The notes under the pieces are model-generated. The model was not told where the DNA came from. It saw only the letters and a list, made by a program, of their open reading frames with translations, and did not search any database. A stretch of DNA of 64,000 nucleotides from Rhodospirillales bacterium (GTDB lineage Bacteria; Pseudomonadota; Alphaproteobacteria; Acetobacterales; Acetobacteraceae), in NCBI GenBank assembly GCA_947458025.1, contig CANHCJ010000002.1:6455-70454 (forward strand), read 5' to 3'. Shown here in pieces: positions 9,801-20,570 of this stretch (its first letter is position 1; the number at the start of each line of letters is the position of its first letter). Position numbers and translations under genes: made by a program.

Positions 9801-9913
9801 CCGATGTCGCCCATCCGTTCTACTGGGCCCCCTTCGCCATCATCGGCGAGGGCGGCACACGCCGCACTCCGGCGCAGGCAGCTGTTTCGGTGCCGGCCCC
9901 ACGCGGGCTATAA
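6833..9913 (+). CDS. TPR-CHAT domain protein (caspase-like Cys protease fold) with lipoprotein signal peptide
   Basis: ATG 6833 lies 1 nt after the giant-gene stop, with GAAGAGGA just upstream. The N-terminus MLRIAVSLVAALLTGLAAC is a signal peptide plus lipobox (LAAC, Thr at +2). A Cys-containing N-domain is followed by TPR-like helical repeats (AEKNLRAALALQQKALGPDNPNTV...). The C-terminal CHAT signature is HFATHA (His codon 9404-9406) ... LSACNSGG (Cys codon 9557-9559) ... LLVTHWSV. Confidence 0.85.
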   Translation: MLRIAVSLVAALLTGLAACTTPPESAYVSGAQSSRSEGGVALGKNASGEDCTQQAIGEGADVYCGTWLQPSARIRRPPPGSPVSAAEMATSGPWRTGLDQRYTCQPPAPTSVLGGEPALLLQCARRVGGWSHIALVATVGGRTWLADGVQPALPVLERSIGVLSGRLPAAAAAEAQGGAAQRLLAERAAARAFSSGDVGEYDRLVRVADDSNRTEDFAGAEKNLRAALALQQKALGPDNPNTVVSLISLALQVSNQRRFAEADALFTRANQFAAAADDPLQAIRLVHYQGLHAANQGHADEALTLLARAGRGYAEQLPDEVRSARPRGATRVGASGAGSGMADLLPNREMLSAPATRTALLGLIEVRRREAALLRRAGRVEESAAALRIASDLVAGNGLRQPVITARMARTGAGIVAQTVGADAAADEYARAAAVFAQALPDSRPVAETLLLRAGQMARAGQAAAAGDTCLHAVKLLRQLRIGTEPALLAPCLDAFATAAKARTGESQKWLTEMFEAAQLAQGGVTSQQIAQATARLSENARDPKVAAAIRAREDIRARLADLYRERDQLEPNAATNAPVSSPELDARIAKAQEEAAEAESALQVASPNYGQLVQQVAAAADVLAALAPGEAFVSLTLSETGGWAFALRDGRIDVSAIPGGLPEMARLVRRVRESIENTTGVPPPFDIEAAQAIYRATLAGLEPALRGADALVIVPSGPLLSLPFELLLTGPATPDKLATAPWLLRRAAISHVPAAANFVSLRKIAGNSRATRPWFGFGDFQPVTVAQATRTFGNECADSARLYAGMPPLPFARAELEVSRRLLGAAANDTLLGPSFTVPNVKRANLKDVRILHFATHALLPAELRCQAEPAIVTSAPPGAPDAGGSLLTASAILELDLDADTVILSACNSGGPGGTTAGESLSGLARSFFYAGARSLLVTHWSVNDQIAAYLVADALRRLSEAPALGITGAMRAAQLGMLDEAGKGLVADVAHPFYWAPFAIIGEGGTRRTPAQAAVSVPAPRGL

Positions 9914-9963
9914 CTGCTCTCAGGCCGGGTCGCGACCCCGGCGGCGACGCGGAAGGGAGTCGG

Positions 9964-12033
<2,070 letters not shown>

Positions 12034-13145
12034 ACCGCCCGGCGCGGCCGTCGCAGCACTGCCCCCGCCGACGGCAAGCTGGCCACGCAGGCATCGCGCA
12101 GCCAGCCATTCGGCATGCCAAGCAGGAACGCCGCCTGCCAACGGTCCATCACCTCCACCGTCACGCCCAGCGCCGCCGGGCTGAACAGCCGCGCGTCGGT
12201 GGTGTGCATCAGGTAGGCCTGCATCTCATTGGCCATAAGGTCGTCATTCGCGGGATCGTAGCCCTGCGCCGTGAGGTAACGACGGAAAATCCTGCGCCCG
12301 TCCTCGTCAAGACCATCGCGCCAAAAGCGGCGCACATACTCGGCATAGGGCGGGTTGGTGAAAAACTCGGCATGCGACAATTCATGCCGCAGGATGGCCG
12401 CCCGCATCCCGGCATCCATGCCATGCCCAGCCCGCGACTGCGGGACAGAAATCACCGCCCCGCGTGTATTCGGCTCGAACCAGCCTTCCTGGCGCAGCAA
12501 CTGACGCAGCCACTCCTCCTGCGGCCGCAGCCGAATGCCGTCACGGTCGGCAAGAGCAAAGAAGCGGGCCAAGTCATGCGCGGTGTAGTCATGCCCGAAA
12601 TAATAGGTTTCCATGGTATCGCCCGCCGCCGATATGGCGGCGTCGAGATCGCGGTCGTTCAGCACGCGATCCCGCGGCTGGCCGGCCTTCTCCACCAGAG
12701 CAGCCACGCGGTTCAGCATCAGCCCCTGCTCCAGCAGGGACGCAAAATCCAGCACCAGGATCCGCCGGTTCGAATAGAACCGGAACACCACCACCCCGTC
12801 CCCGTCATGCGCCAGGATCTCGTTCTCATCAGCCAGCCGAACGGTGATCCTGGGCGCCTCAGCTTCGCTGCCAGGTCCTGTATAGAGGTCCGCCGAGGGG
12901 GACTTCTCCCGCATCAGGAACCAGCCCACCACGCCGACGATAATCACGCACACCAGCGCAATCATCCGGAACATCGGGGGCATCCCACCGCCCGCTGGCA
13001 TCAATGACCGGTCAGTAGGCCGACCATAAGTGCGCTTGCGCTGAACACGTACGGTCGCATCATCGTCCTGCGGAGGCTTCGACTCAGGCGTCCGCGTCAT
13101 CGCCCTGTCCGATCAGGTACGAATTGCATCGCAGGCCAGACCGCA

Positions 13146-13817
13146 TCAGGCACCGATATTGATCACCTGCACGCGCCTGTTCCGGGGCTCGGGCGTCTGG
13201 TCCGGCGTCTGCACCTTCAGCGCCTCCTGGCCACGCCCGACTGGCTCCAGCCGGGCTGCAGCCACGCCGAACCGGCTCTGCAGGTACTCTGCCACCCGGG
13301 CAGCCCGCGCCTGCGACAGGCTCATGTTGGCCGAACGCGATCCCGTCGTGTCGGTGTGGCCCTCGATGCGGAACCTGTAGGCCGCCAGAGCCTCATGGCT
13401 CAACGCTCGGCCGAGTTCATCCAACGTGCGCATCGCCTCGGGCGTCAGTTCGGCCGACCCGCTCTGGAACTGCACGGTGAGGTCGATCGAGGGTGCGGCC
13501 ACCTGCTGTGCCGGCGCGGTTGCCGCCACACTCGGGGCCGCCGGCGCTGCCACGGCAGCCGCTCCTGCCGCTCCAGCCGCCGCAGGCGCGGCCACAGCTG
13601 GCCGCGGTTCAGCCGAACCGGTCACCGGCGCTGTCGCAGCAGGGGCAGTGCCCGGTGACGCCGGACGGATGCCGCGCACCCCAGTCTGCAACGGCCCGCT
13701 CGGACGCAGCGCGCGGATGATCTGGTCAGCCGATGGCGAGCCCTGCGCCTGAACGGCCTGAGCGCCCAACAAAACGCCGGGAGCAACAAGGATTGAGGCG
13801 AGAAGCAAGTTGCGCAT
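13146..13817 (-). CDS. OmpA-family (OmpA_C/MotB-like) peptidoglycan-binding protein with Sec signal peptide
   Basis: MRNLLLASILVAPGVLLGAQAVQAQG is a signal peptide, followed by an Ala/Pro-rich linker. The C-terminal part has the OmpA pattern FQSGSAELT...IEGHTDTTGS...NMSLSQARAARV...NRRVQV. It lies 45 nt upstream of the HExxH gene on the same strand. Confidence 0.85.
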   Translation of the reverse strand: MRNLLLASILVAPGVLLGAQAVQAQGSPSADQIIRALRPSGPLQTGVRGIRPASPGTAPAATAPVTGSAEPRPAVAAPAAAGAAGAAAVAAPAAPSVAATAPAQQVAAPSIDLTVQFQSGSAELTPEAMRTLDELGRALSHEALAAYRFRIEGHTDTTGSRSANMSLSQARAARVAEYLQSRFGVAAARLEPVGRGQEALKVQTPDQTPEPRNRRVQVINIGA

Positions 13818-13948
13818 GATCCACCCCTCGGAAACGCTTACTTATTCCCTACCACACAGTGGTCTGCAAACACACTACCACCCGGCATCGCGCCCCATCC
13901 AACGGCATCAACTTCAGGCGACCGCTCAGCAGGTCTAACCCGAAACAT

Positions 13949-14971
13949 CTAGTCAAACGTAGTGTCGGACCCCAGGTGGAACAGGCAATCGCCCCGCACC
14001 GTCCGGCCGGGCACCCGCTTGCAAAGCACGAACCCCTCCCGGGCGAAGCGGAACTCAACGGCCGGCGCCCAGGGCGTCTCCGGAAAGTGTATCCTGCCGG
14101 CGACCTGCCCCTTTTTCACTTCATCGCCAAGTTCCACCGCGGGTTCGAACACGCCGTTCTCGGGCGCGTACACGAAATACTCGGGGCCGCCGACGTTCAG
14201 GAACCGCGTCTCCTCGCCCTTCAGTCGCATCTTCTTCGGCAGGATACCCATGTGCACCAGCACGTTGCGCAACCCGCGTTCCACAATCCGCAACGCCGCC
14301 GGCGTCACCTGGCCAGAGCCGCCAAGCTCCGTACCCACCGCTAGCTTGCCGGCGCGCTCCACGCCGCCCATCAACGTGCTGTCGGTTCCGGTGCCATTGC
14401 CGCCACCTGCAATGTAGGCCAGCGGGGATCCAAAGGCCTGCAAAAGCGCCGCCTGCTGCCTGTGCCGGTCCGGATCCGGGGTACGCTTGATCAACGCGCA
14501 AGGCACGTACATCAGAGAAGACCCACCCGAGTGCAGGTCGCACACCACATCGGCCATCGGGATCAGCACATGCTCGATGAAGAACGCAATCTGCTGCGTC
14601 ACCGTTCCGTCCGCGTCGCCAGGGAAGGTACGGTTCAAGTTGCCCTCGTCGATCGGCGAGGTCCGCTTACCCGCCATCGCGGCCGGAAAATTGGCCATTG
14701 GCAGGATGATCACCCGCCCCTTCACCTGCGACGGTTCCAGCGACTTGGCCAGATTGCTCAGCGCCACCTGGCCCTCGTACTCGTCGCCATGATTCCCTGA
14801 CACGAACAGCGCAGTAGGCCCGGCCCCGTTCTTGATCACCACGATAGGTATTGGGATGAAACCGTAGGCCGAACTGTGCACGGAATGGAACAGCCGTACG
14901 AACCCGGTCTGCTTGCCCTCCGCGTTGAAGTCCACATCCGGAACCAGGCGTGAGCGGGCAGCGTCCGACAT
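13949..14971 (-). CDS. Succinylglutamate desuccinylase/aspartoacylase (AstE/AspA, DoeB-like) family Zn deacylase
   Basis: VSGNHGDEYEG and DLHSGG motifs, ~340 aa. It is the last gene of the peptide ABC operon. Confidence 0.75.
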   Translation of the reverse strand: MSDAARSRLVPDVDFNAEGKQTGFVRLFHSVHSSAYGFIPIPIVVIKNGAGPTALFVSGNHGDEYEGQVALSNLAKSLEPSQVKGRVIILPMANFPAAMAGKRTSPIDEGNLNRTFPGDADGTVTQQIAFFIEHVLIPMADVVCDLHSGGSSLMYVPCALIKRTPDPDRHRQQAALLQAFGSPLAYIAGGGNGTGTDSTLMGGVERAGKLAVGTELGGSGQVTPAALRIVERGLRNVLVHMGILPKKMRLKGEETRFLNVGGPEYFVYAPENGVFEPAVELGDEVKKGQVAGRIHFPETPWAPAVEFRFAREGFVLCKRVPGRTVRGDCLFHLGSDTTFD

Positions 14972-14987
14972 TGTTTCGTTCCCTCGT

Positions 14988-15970
<983 letters not shown>

Positions 15971-15974
<4 letters not shown>

Positions 15975-16957
15975 GCCGGCACCTTTGGCAACAGTTCACC
16001 GGTTCGGATGCAGGCCGCAAAATGCCCGTTCTCCTCCTCGACAAGCGGCGGGATCGCGCTGCGGCAGGCCTCCACCCGGAACCTGCACCGCGGCGCAAAC
16101 CGGCAACCCGGTGGCCGTCGTGCCGGTTCCGGCAAGGAGCCGGGAATGGCCACCAGCCGGTCGGTCTCCTGCTCCAGCGTCGGCACGCAGGACAGCAGGC
16201 CGCGCGTGTAGGGATGGCGCGGCCGCTCGAACAGTTCCACCACCGGCGCCTGCTCCACGATCCGCCCGGCATACATCACCAGAACCCGGTCGGCCGTCTC
16301 GGCGATCACGCCCATATTGTGGGTGATCACGATGATCGCCATGCCAAGATCGTCCCGCAGGTCCATCAGTAGATCGAGCACCTGCGCCTGGATCGTCACG
16401 TCCAGCGCAGTCGTCGGCTCATCGGCAATCAGCAACTTCGGATTGCATGCGAGAGCCATCGCAATCATCACCCTCTGGCGCTGGCCGCCCGAAAGCTGGT
16501 GCGGATAGTCCGTCATGCGCTTGGCGGCCGAAGGAATCCCCACCTTGTCCAACATCGAGACAGCACGCGCGTACTGCTCGCGCTGGCTCAGCCGCTCATG
16601 CGCGCGCAGCGTCTCCATCATCTGCTCGCCGATGGTAAACACCGGGTTCAGCGACGTCATGGGCTCCTGGAACACCATGGAGATACCCGAGCCGCGGATC
16701 GCCTCCATCCGCTTCTCGGGCATCGTGGTCAGTTCCTCGCCGGCAAAGCGTATGGACCCACCCGCGATCCGCGCCGGCGGCTGCGGCAGCAATCCCATGA
16801 TCGTCAAGGCAGTCACGCTCTTGCCGCTGCCCGACTCGCCCACAATTCCGAGGATCTCGCCTTCGTCGAGGTCGAAGCTCACCTCCTCCACCGCAGTCAC
16901 CTCGCCCCGCTCCGTCTGGAAGGCGGTGGTGAGGTTTCGTACTTCGAGCAAACTCAT
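15971..16957 (-). CDS. Peptide/nickel ABC transporter ATP-binding protein (DppD/OppD-like)
   Basis: [17 protein letters not shown] and [11 protein letters not shown] motifs. ATGA overlap with the permease gene. Confidence 0.9.
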
Positions 16958-17883
16958 TGCTGTATCCTGAGCCTCGGGTCGAGCACGTCGCGCAGCCCGT
17001 CACCGAGCAGGTTCAGCCCCATGACCGTGATCATCAGCGCGATGCCGGGGATGGTGATGATCCAGGGCGCTTCCACGAGATACTGCCGCCCCTCGGCCAT
17101 GATGTTCCCCCAGGTCGGCGTGGGCGGCACCGCCCCCAGCCCCAGGAAGGACAGTGTGGCCTCGGAAAGCACCGCATAGGCGAACAGGAACGACAACTGC
17201 ACGATCAGCGGCGCCATCGCGTTCGGCAGGATATGCCGCCGCAGGATGCGCCAATGCCCCGCCCCCGCCGCCACCGCCGCCTGCACATATTCCATCTCGC
17301 GCAGCACGATCACGCTCGCCCGCACGATGCGCGCCGTACGCGGGATGTAAACGATCGACAGCGCCAGGATGGCATTGAACGTCGACGCCCCCAGCACCGC
17401 GGTGATGGCGATCGCCAGGAGGATGGCGGGAAAGGCCATCAGCGCGTCATTCACACGCATCAGCGCATTATCCAGCCGCCGGAAATAGCCCGCGGCAGCA
17501 CCGATCAGCGTGCCGAACACCGCGTTCAGGGCCACCACCGAGAAGCCGATATACAGCGAAAGCTGCGCGCCCCACACCACCCGCGACCACAGCGAGCGGC
17601 CGAAATTGTCGGTGCCGAAGATGAACCCGTCCTGCCCCGGCGCACGGAAGCGCCAGCGCATCGCCAGCCGCGTCGGGTCCGTCTGGGTGATCACCTGCGC
17701 CAGGGCGCCGGCCAAAAGGATGATCGAGCACAGCCCCAGGCCCATAAGGAACAGCCGGTGGCGGAACAGCCGCCTCACCGTCATCCGCCAGGGCGACTGG
17801 CGCTGCGCCGCAACCTCGAAATCCTCTTCCAGCGGCGCATCGTCCGCCACGCGCGCCACCGCCACACCTTCAGGACCGTTCAT
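16954..17883 (-). CDS. Peptide ABC transporter permease (DppC-like)
   Basis: Multi-TM protein with a BPD-transport (EAA-like) region. The start is uncertain: ATG 17883 (MNGPEG...) or the upstream start at 17922. Confidence 0.8.
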   Translation of the reverse strand: MNGPEGVAVARVADDAPLEEDFEVAAQRQSPWRMTVRRLFRHRLFLMGLGLCSIILLAGALAQVITQTDPTRLAMRWRFRAPGQDGFIFGTDNFGRSLWSRVVWGAQLSLYIGFSVVALNAVFGTLIGAAAGYFRRLDNALMRVNDALMAFPAILLAIAITAVLGASTFNAILALSIVYIPRTARIVRASVIVLREMEYVQAAVAAGAGHWRILRRHILPNAMAPLIVQLSFLFAYAVLSEATLSFLGLGAVPPTPTWGNIMAEGRQYLVEAPWIITIPGIALMITVMGLNLLGDGLRDVLDPRLRIQQ

Positions 17884-18820
17884 AGCGCACCCGCGGATCG
17901 AGAAGGGCGTAGGCGATATCAACCAGGATGTTCACCAGCACCAGGAAGGTGGTGGTCAGCAACAGCCCGCCTTGCACCATCGGATAGTCCCGGTTCAGCA
18001 CCGCCTGCGTCAGCAGTTGCCCCATGCCGGGGATCGAGAACAGGCTCTCCGTCACGACCGCGCCAGAGATCGACAGGCTGATGATGATGCCGACCACGGT
18101 GGTGATCGGGATCAGCGCGTTCGTCAACGCATGCTTCACCACCACCAGGCGGCCAGGCAATCCCTTGGCCCGTGCGGTGCGGATATAATCCTGGCGCAAC
18201 ACCTCCAGCATGGTAGAGCGGGTGATGCGTGCCAGCAGCCCCATCTGCAACAACGCCAACGACAGCGCCGGCATCGTCGAGGTCCGCAGCCAGCCCACCG
18301 GGTCATCCCAAAGCGAGATGTAGCCCCCGGTCGGCAGCCAGCCCAGATGGACCGCGAACAGCAGGATCATCAGCAGGCCCAGAAAGAAGTTCGGCACCGA
18401 GATGCCGATCATCGAGAACACCATGGTCAGCTGGTCGACCACGGTGTTCTGCCGCAACGCCGCGATGATCCCGCTCACCAGCCCCAGCGCCAATGTCAGC
18501 ACCAGGGCATAGAGCGAAAGGGCGATCGTCACCGGCAGGCGGATCATGGTCACCTCCATGACCTCCTGCCCCATCAGGATCGACCGGCCGAGATCGCCCT
18601 GGAGCAGCCCGCCATACCATTTGGCCAGCTGCACCACGAACGGCTCGTCCAGACCCAGGTCCTTGCGGATCAGCTCAAGCTGTTCCGACGTGACCGACAT
18701 CCCCGCGATCGCTGCGGCGGGGTCGCCCGGAATGAGCCGCATCAGCCCGAAGGTGATAAGGCTCACGATCAGCAGCACCGGGAGCGACCCCAGGATGCTG
18801 CGCAGGACAACCCCCCACAT
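17870..18820 (-). CDS. Peptide ABC transporter permease (DppB-like)
   Basis: The N-terminus ...LIVSLITFGLMRLIPGDP is typical of DppB/OppB. 316 aa, multi-TM. Confidence 0.9.
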   Translation of the reverse strand: MWGVVLRSILGSLPVLLIVSLITFGLMRLIPGDPAAAIAGMSVTSEQLELIRKDLGLDEPFVVQLAKWYGGLLQGDLGRSILMGQEVMEVTMIRLPVTIALSLYALVLTLALGLVSGIIAALRQNTVVDQLTMVFSMIGISVPNFFLGLLMILLFAVHLGWLPTGGYISLWDDPVGWLRTSTMPALSLALLQMGLLARITRSTMLEVLRQDYIRTARAKGLPGRLVVVKHALTNALIPITTVVGIIISLSISGAVVTESLFSIPGMGQLLTQAVLNRDYPMVQGGLLLTTTFLVLVNILVDIAYALLDPRVRYERS

Positions 18821-18852
18821 GCTCCGTCAGGCCTCCAGAACCACGTGCGGGG

Positions 18853-20454
18853 TCACTGGAACGACACGTTGGAAAAGCGCGGAATGCGGAATGTCTTGTA
18901 GCCCACCACGTTCGACCGCACGCCCTGGACCTTCGTCAGCGAGCCGAACGGGAACACGTACGCCTGCTCAAGGATGCGGTGCTGCATCTTGACGAACGCG
19001 GCCTGGCGATCCTTCGGATCCACGCTTTGGTTCATGTTCTCCCACTCCACCTTCAGCACGGGGTCTTCCTGCCCGGGCCTCGGCTTGTAGTTCGGGTTGC
19101 TGCCCATGAAGAAGTTCATGGTCGCCAGGGCCCCCAGCGCCGGCTGCGTGCCATAGCCGGTGAAGAAGAAGTTCCAGCCCGGCGAGGGCGAGGGTGCGGC
19201 GGCCGTCTGCACCGCGGTCGGCCAGTCCACAACCTTCAGCTCGGCCTTGATGCCGATGGACTGCATCTGCTGGCTCATCACCAGCGCCGCGTTGAACATC
19301 GACGTGAAGTCCTTGTTGGTCAGCAGGACCACCGGCTCGCCCTTGTAGCCGGATTCCGCCAGCAGCGCCCGGGCCTTGGTGGCGTTCTTCTGGTTGTAGA
19401 ACTCCTTGCCGGCATCAGTGTAGCTGGCCTGGTGCGGATACTGGAAGCCGACGTTCAGCTTGAAATTGCCGTCCGTCGACGCCTCCATGATCTCCTCGTT
19501 GTCGAGCAGCGCCATCACCGCCTGGCGGAACTTTACGTTGTCCGTCGGCGCCTGCGAAGCGTTGGCCGCAGCAATGTGAACCCACCAGTTCTCCAGCGGC
19601 AGGATGGTAATGCGGTTGTCCCTCCGGAGGTCGGCCACCGAGATGAACGGAATGTCCTCCACGGCGTGCAGTTCGCCGGTCCGAAGCCCCGCCACGCGCG
19701 CGCCAGGCTCCGTCACGATGCGAAAGGTCACCGTGTCGAGACAAGCCTGCTTGTAGCCACCGAAGCCGGTGCGCTCGGTATACTTGGTGTTCGGCGTGTA
19801 GCCGTCAAAGCGCTTCAGCCGCACGTGGCTGCCCGGCAGGAACTCCACCAGCTGGAACGGTCCGGTCCCAACGGTGCGCAGTTGCTGCGGCGCATCGTCC
19901 TTGTGCTCCGACGGAATGATCACGATCGGCTGCGAGAACGAACTGATGAACTCGATGAAGGTCGGCTGGCGCCTCGTCATCGTCACCACGAAGGTGTGGG
20001 CGTCCGGTGTCTCCCACTTCGCCACGTTGTCCAGGATGTTCCGCTCCGCCGCCACCCGCTTGAAGCGGTCCCACGAGGCGGCAACATCGGCCGACGTCAA
20101 GGCCTTGCCGTTGTGGAACTTCACGCCCTGGCGAATCTTGAACGTGTAGACCAGCCCGTCCGGCGACTCGGTGAAGCTCTCCGCCAAATCCGTGATTGGG
20201 TTGTTGTTCTCGTCACGCGCCATCAGCGCCTCGTAGATGTTCATCGCCACATTTCGTGTCGAGATCGTCGTCGAGGTCATCTGGTCGAGCGAGTTGACGT
20301 TCGCCTCCTGCCCGAAAACGAAATCGCCGCCCATCTTCGGGCACTTGAACGCCTGCGCCATCGCCGAGGTGCTACCGAGCACACCAGCGCCCATCACTCC
20401 AGCAACCGTAAATGCGGCCGCTAGGCCCAGCCGCGCCCATCCGGTCCGTGCCAT
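18853..20454 (-). CDS. ABC transporter substrate-binding protein, family 5 (peptide/nickel)
   Basis: Sec signal MARTGWARLGLAAAFTVAGVMGAGVLGSTSAMAQ, ~530 aa, SBP_bac_5-like. An alternative start lies at 20472. Confidence 0.85.
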   Translation of the reverse strand: MARTGWARLGLAAAFTVAGVMGAGVLGSTSAMAQAFKCPKMGGDFVFGQEANVNSLDQMTSTTISTRNVAMNIYEALMARDENNNPITDLAESFTESPDGLVYTFKIRQGVKFHNGKALTSADVAASWDRFKRVAAERNILDNVAKWETPDAHTFVVTMTRRQPTFIEFISSFSQPIVIIPSEHKDDAPQQLRTVGTGPFQLVEFLPGSHVRLKRFDGYTPNTKYTERTGFGGYKQACLDTVTFRIVTEPGARVAGLRTGELHAVEDIPFISVADLRRDNRITILPLENWWVHIAAANASQAPTDNVKFRQAVMALLDNEEIMEASTDGNFKLNVGFQYPHQASYTDAGKEFYNQKNATKARALLAESGYKGEPVVLLTNKDFTSMFNAALVMSQQMQSIGIKAELKVVDWPTAVQTAAAPSPSPGWNFFFTGYGTQPALGALATMNFFMGSNPNYKPRPGQEDPVLKVEWENMNQSVDPKDRQAAFVKMQHRILEQAYVFPFGSLTKVQGVRSNVVGYKTFRIPRFSNVSFQ

Positions 20455-20570
20455 CGGAAACTCTCCCTGCATGTTGCGGCGCAGCAGGCGCCGATAGCCA
20501 AATCTTCGTGGACGCCTGCCAGGGCCGTCAAGATAATCAGCGGGTGTTTCCTGCCTGGAGAAGAGAAAAG

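Noticed and set aside
6833-9913. TPR-CHAT as a type III-E CRISPR Craspase (Csx29) component
   Set aside because: The window has no CRISPR array, gRAMP/Cas7-11 or other cas genes, and this protein has a lipoprotein export signal. The context is envelope, not CRISPR.
9220-9963. Upstream 248-aa extension of the kinase ORF (track ORF 9220-12033)
   Set aside because: It overlaps the CHAT domain coding region in another frame and is Arg/Pro/His-rich. The kinase glycine loop starts right after ATG 9964, which has its own RBS.
9914-9963. Imperfect GC hairpin (GCCGGGTC-gc-GACCCCGGC) between the CHAT and kinase genes as a terminator
   Set aside because: The stem has a bulge, there is no T-tract, and the gap is only 50 nt with a downstream RBS. 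The genes are more likely co-transcribed. It is kept only as a possible minor attenuator.
12767-12775. GGTTCGAAT, a tRNA T-loop-like string
   Set aside because: It lies inside the HExxH CDS. No acceptor, D or anticodon stems can be built around it.
16957-18901. 374-aa and 463-aa plus-strand ORFs (16957-18081, 17510-18901) rich in H/R/Q/P/D
   Set aside because: They are antisense to the well-supported DppB/DppC permease genes and have a low-complexity basic composition.
20412-20570. Upstream extension of the DMFase-like ORF
   Set aside because: It would overlap the divergent SBP gene start. ATG 20571 has a good RBS, and the homologous N-terminus begins there.
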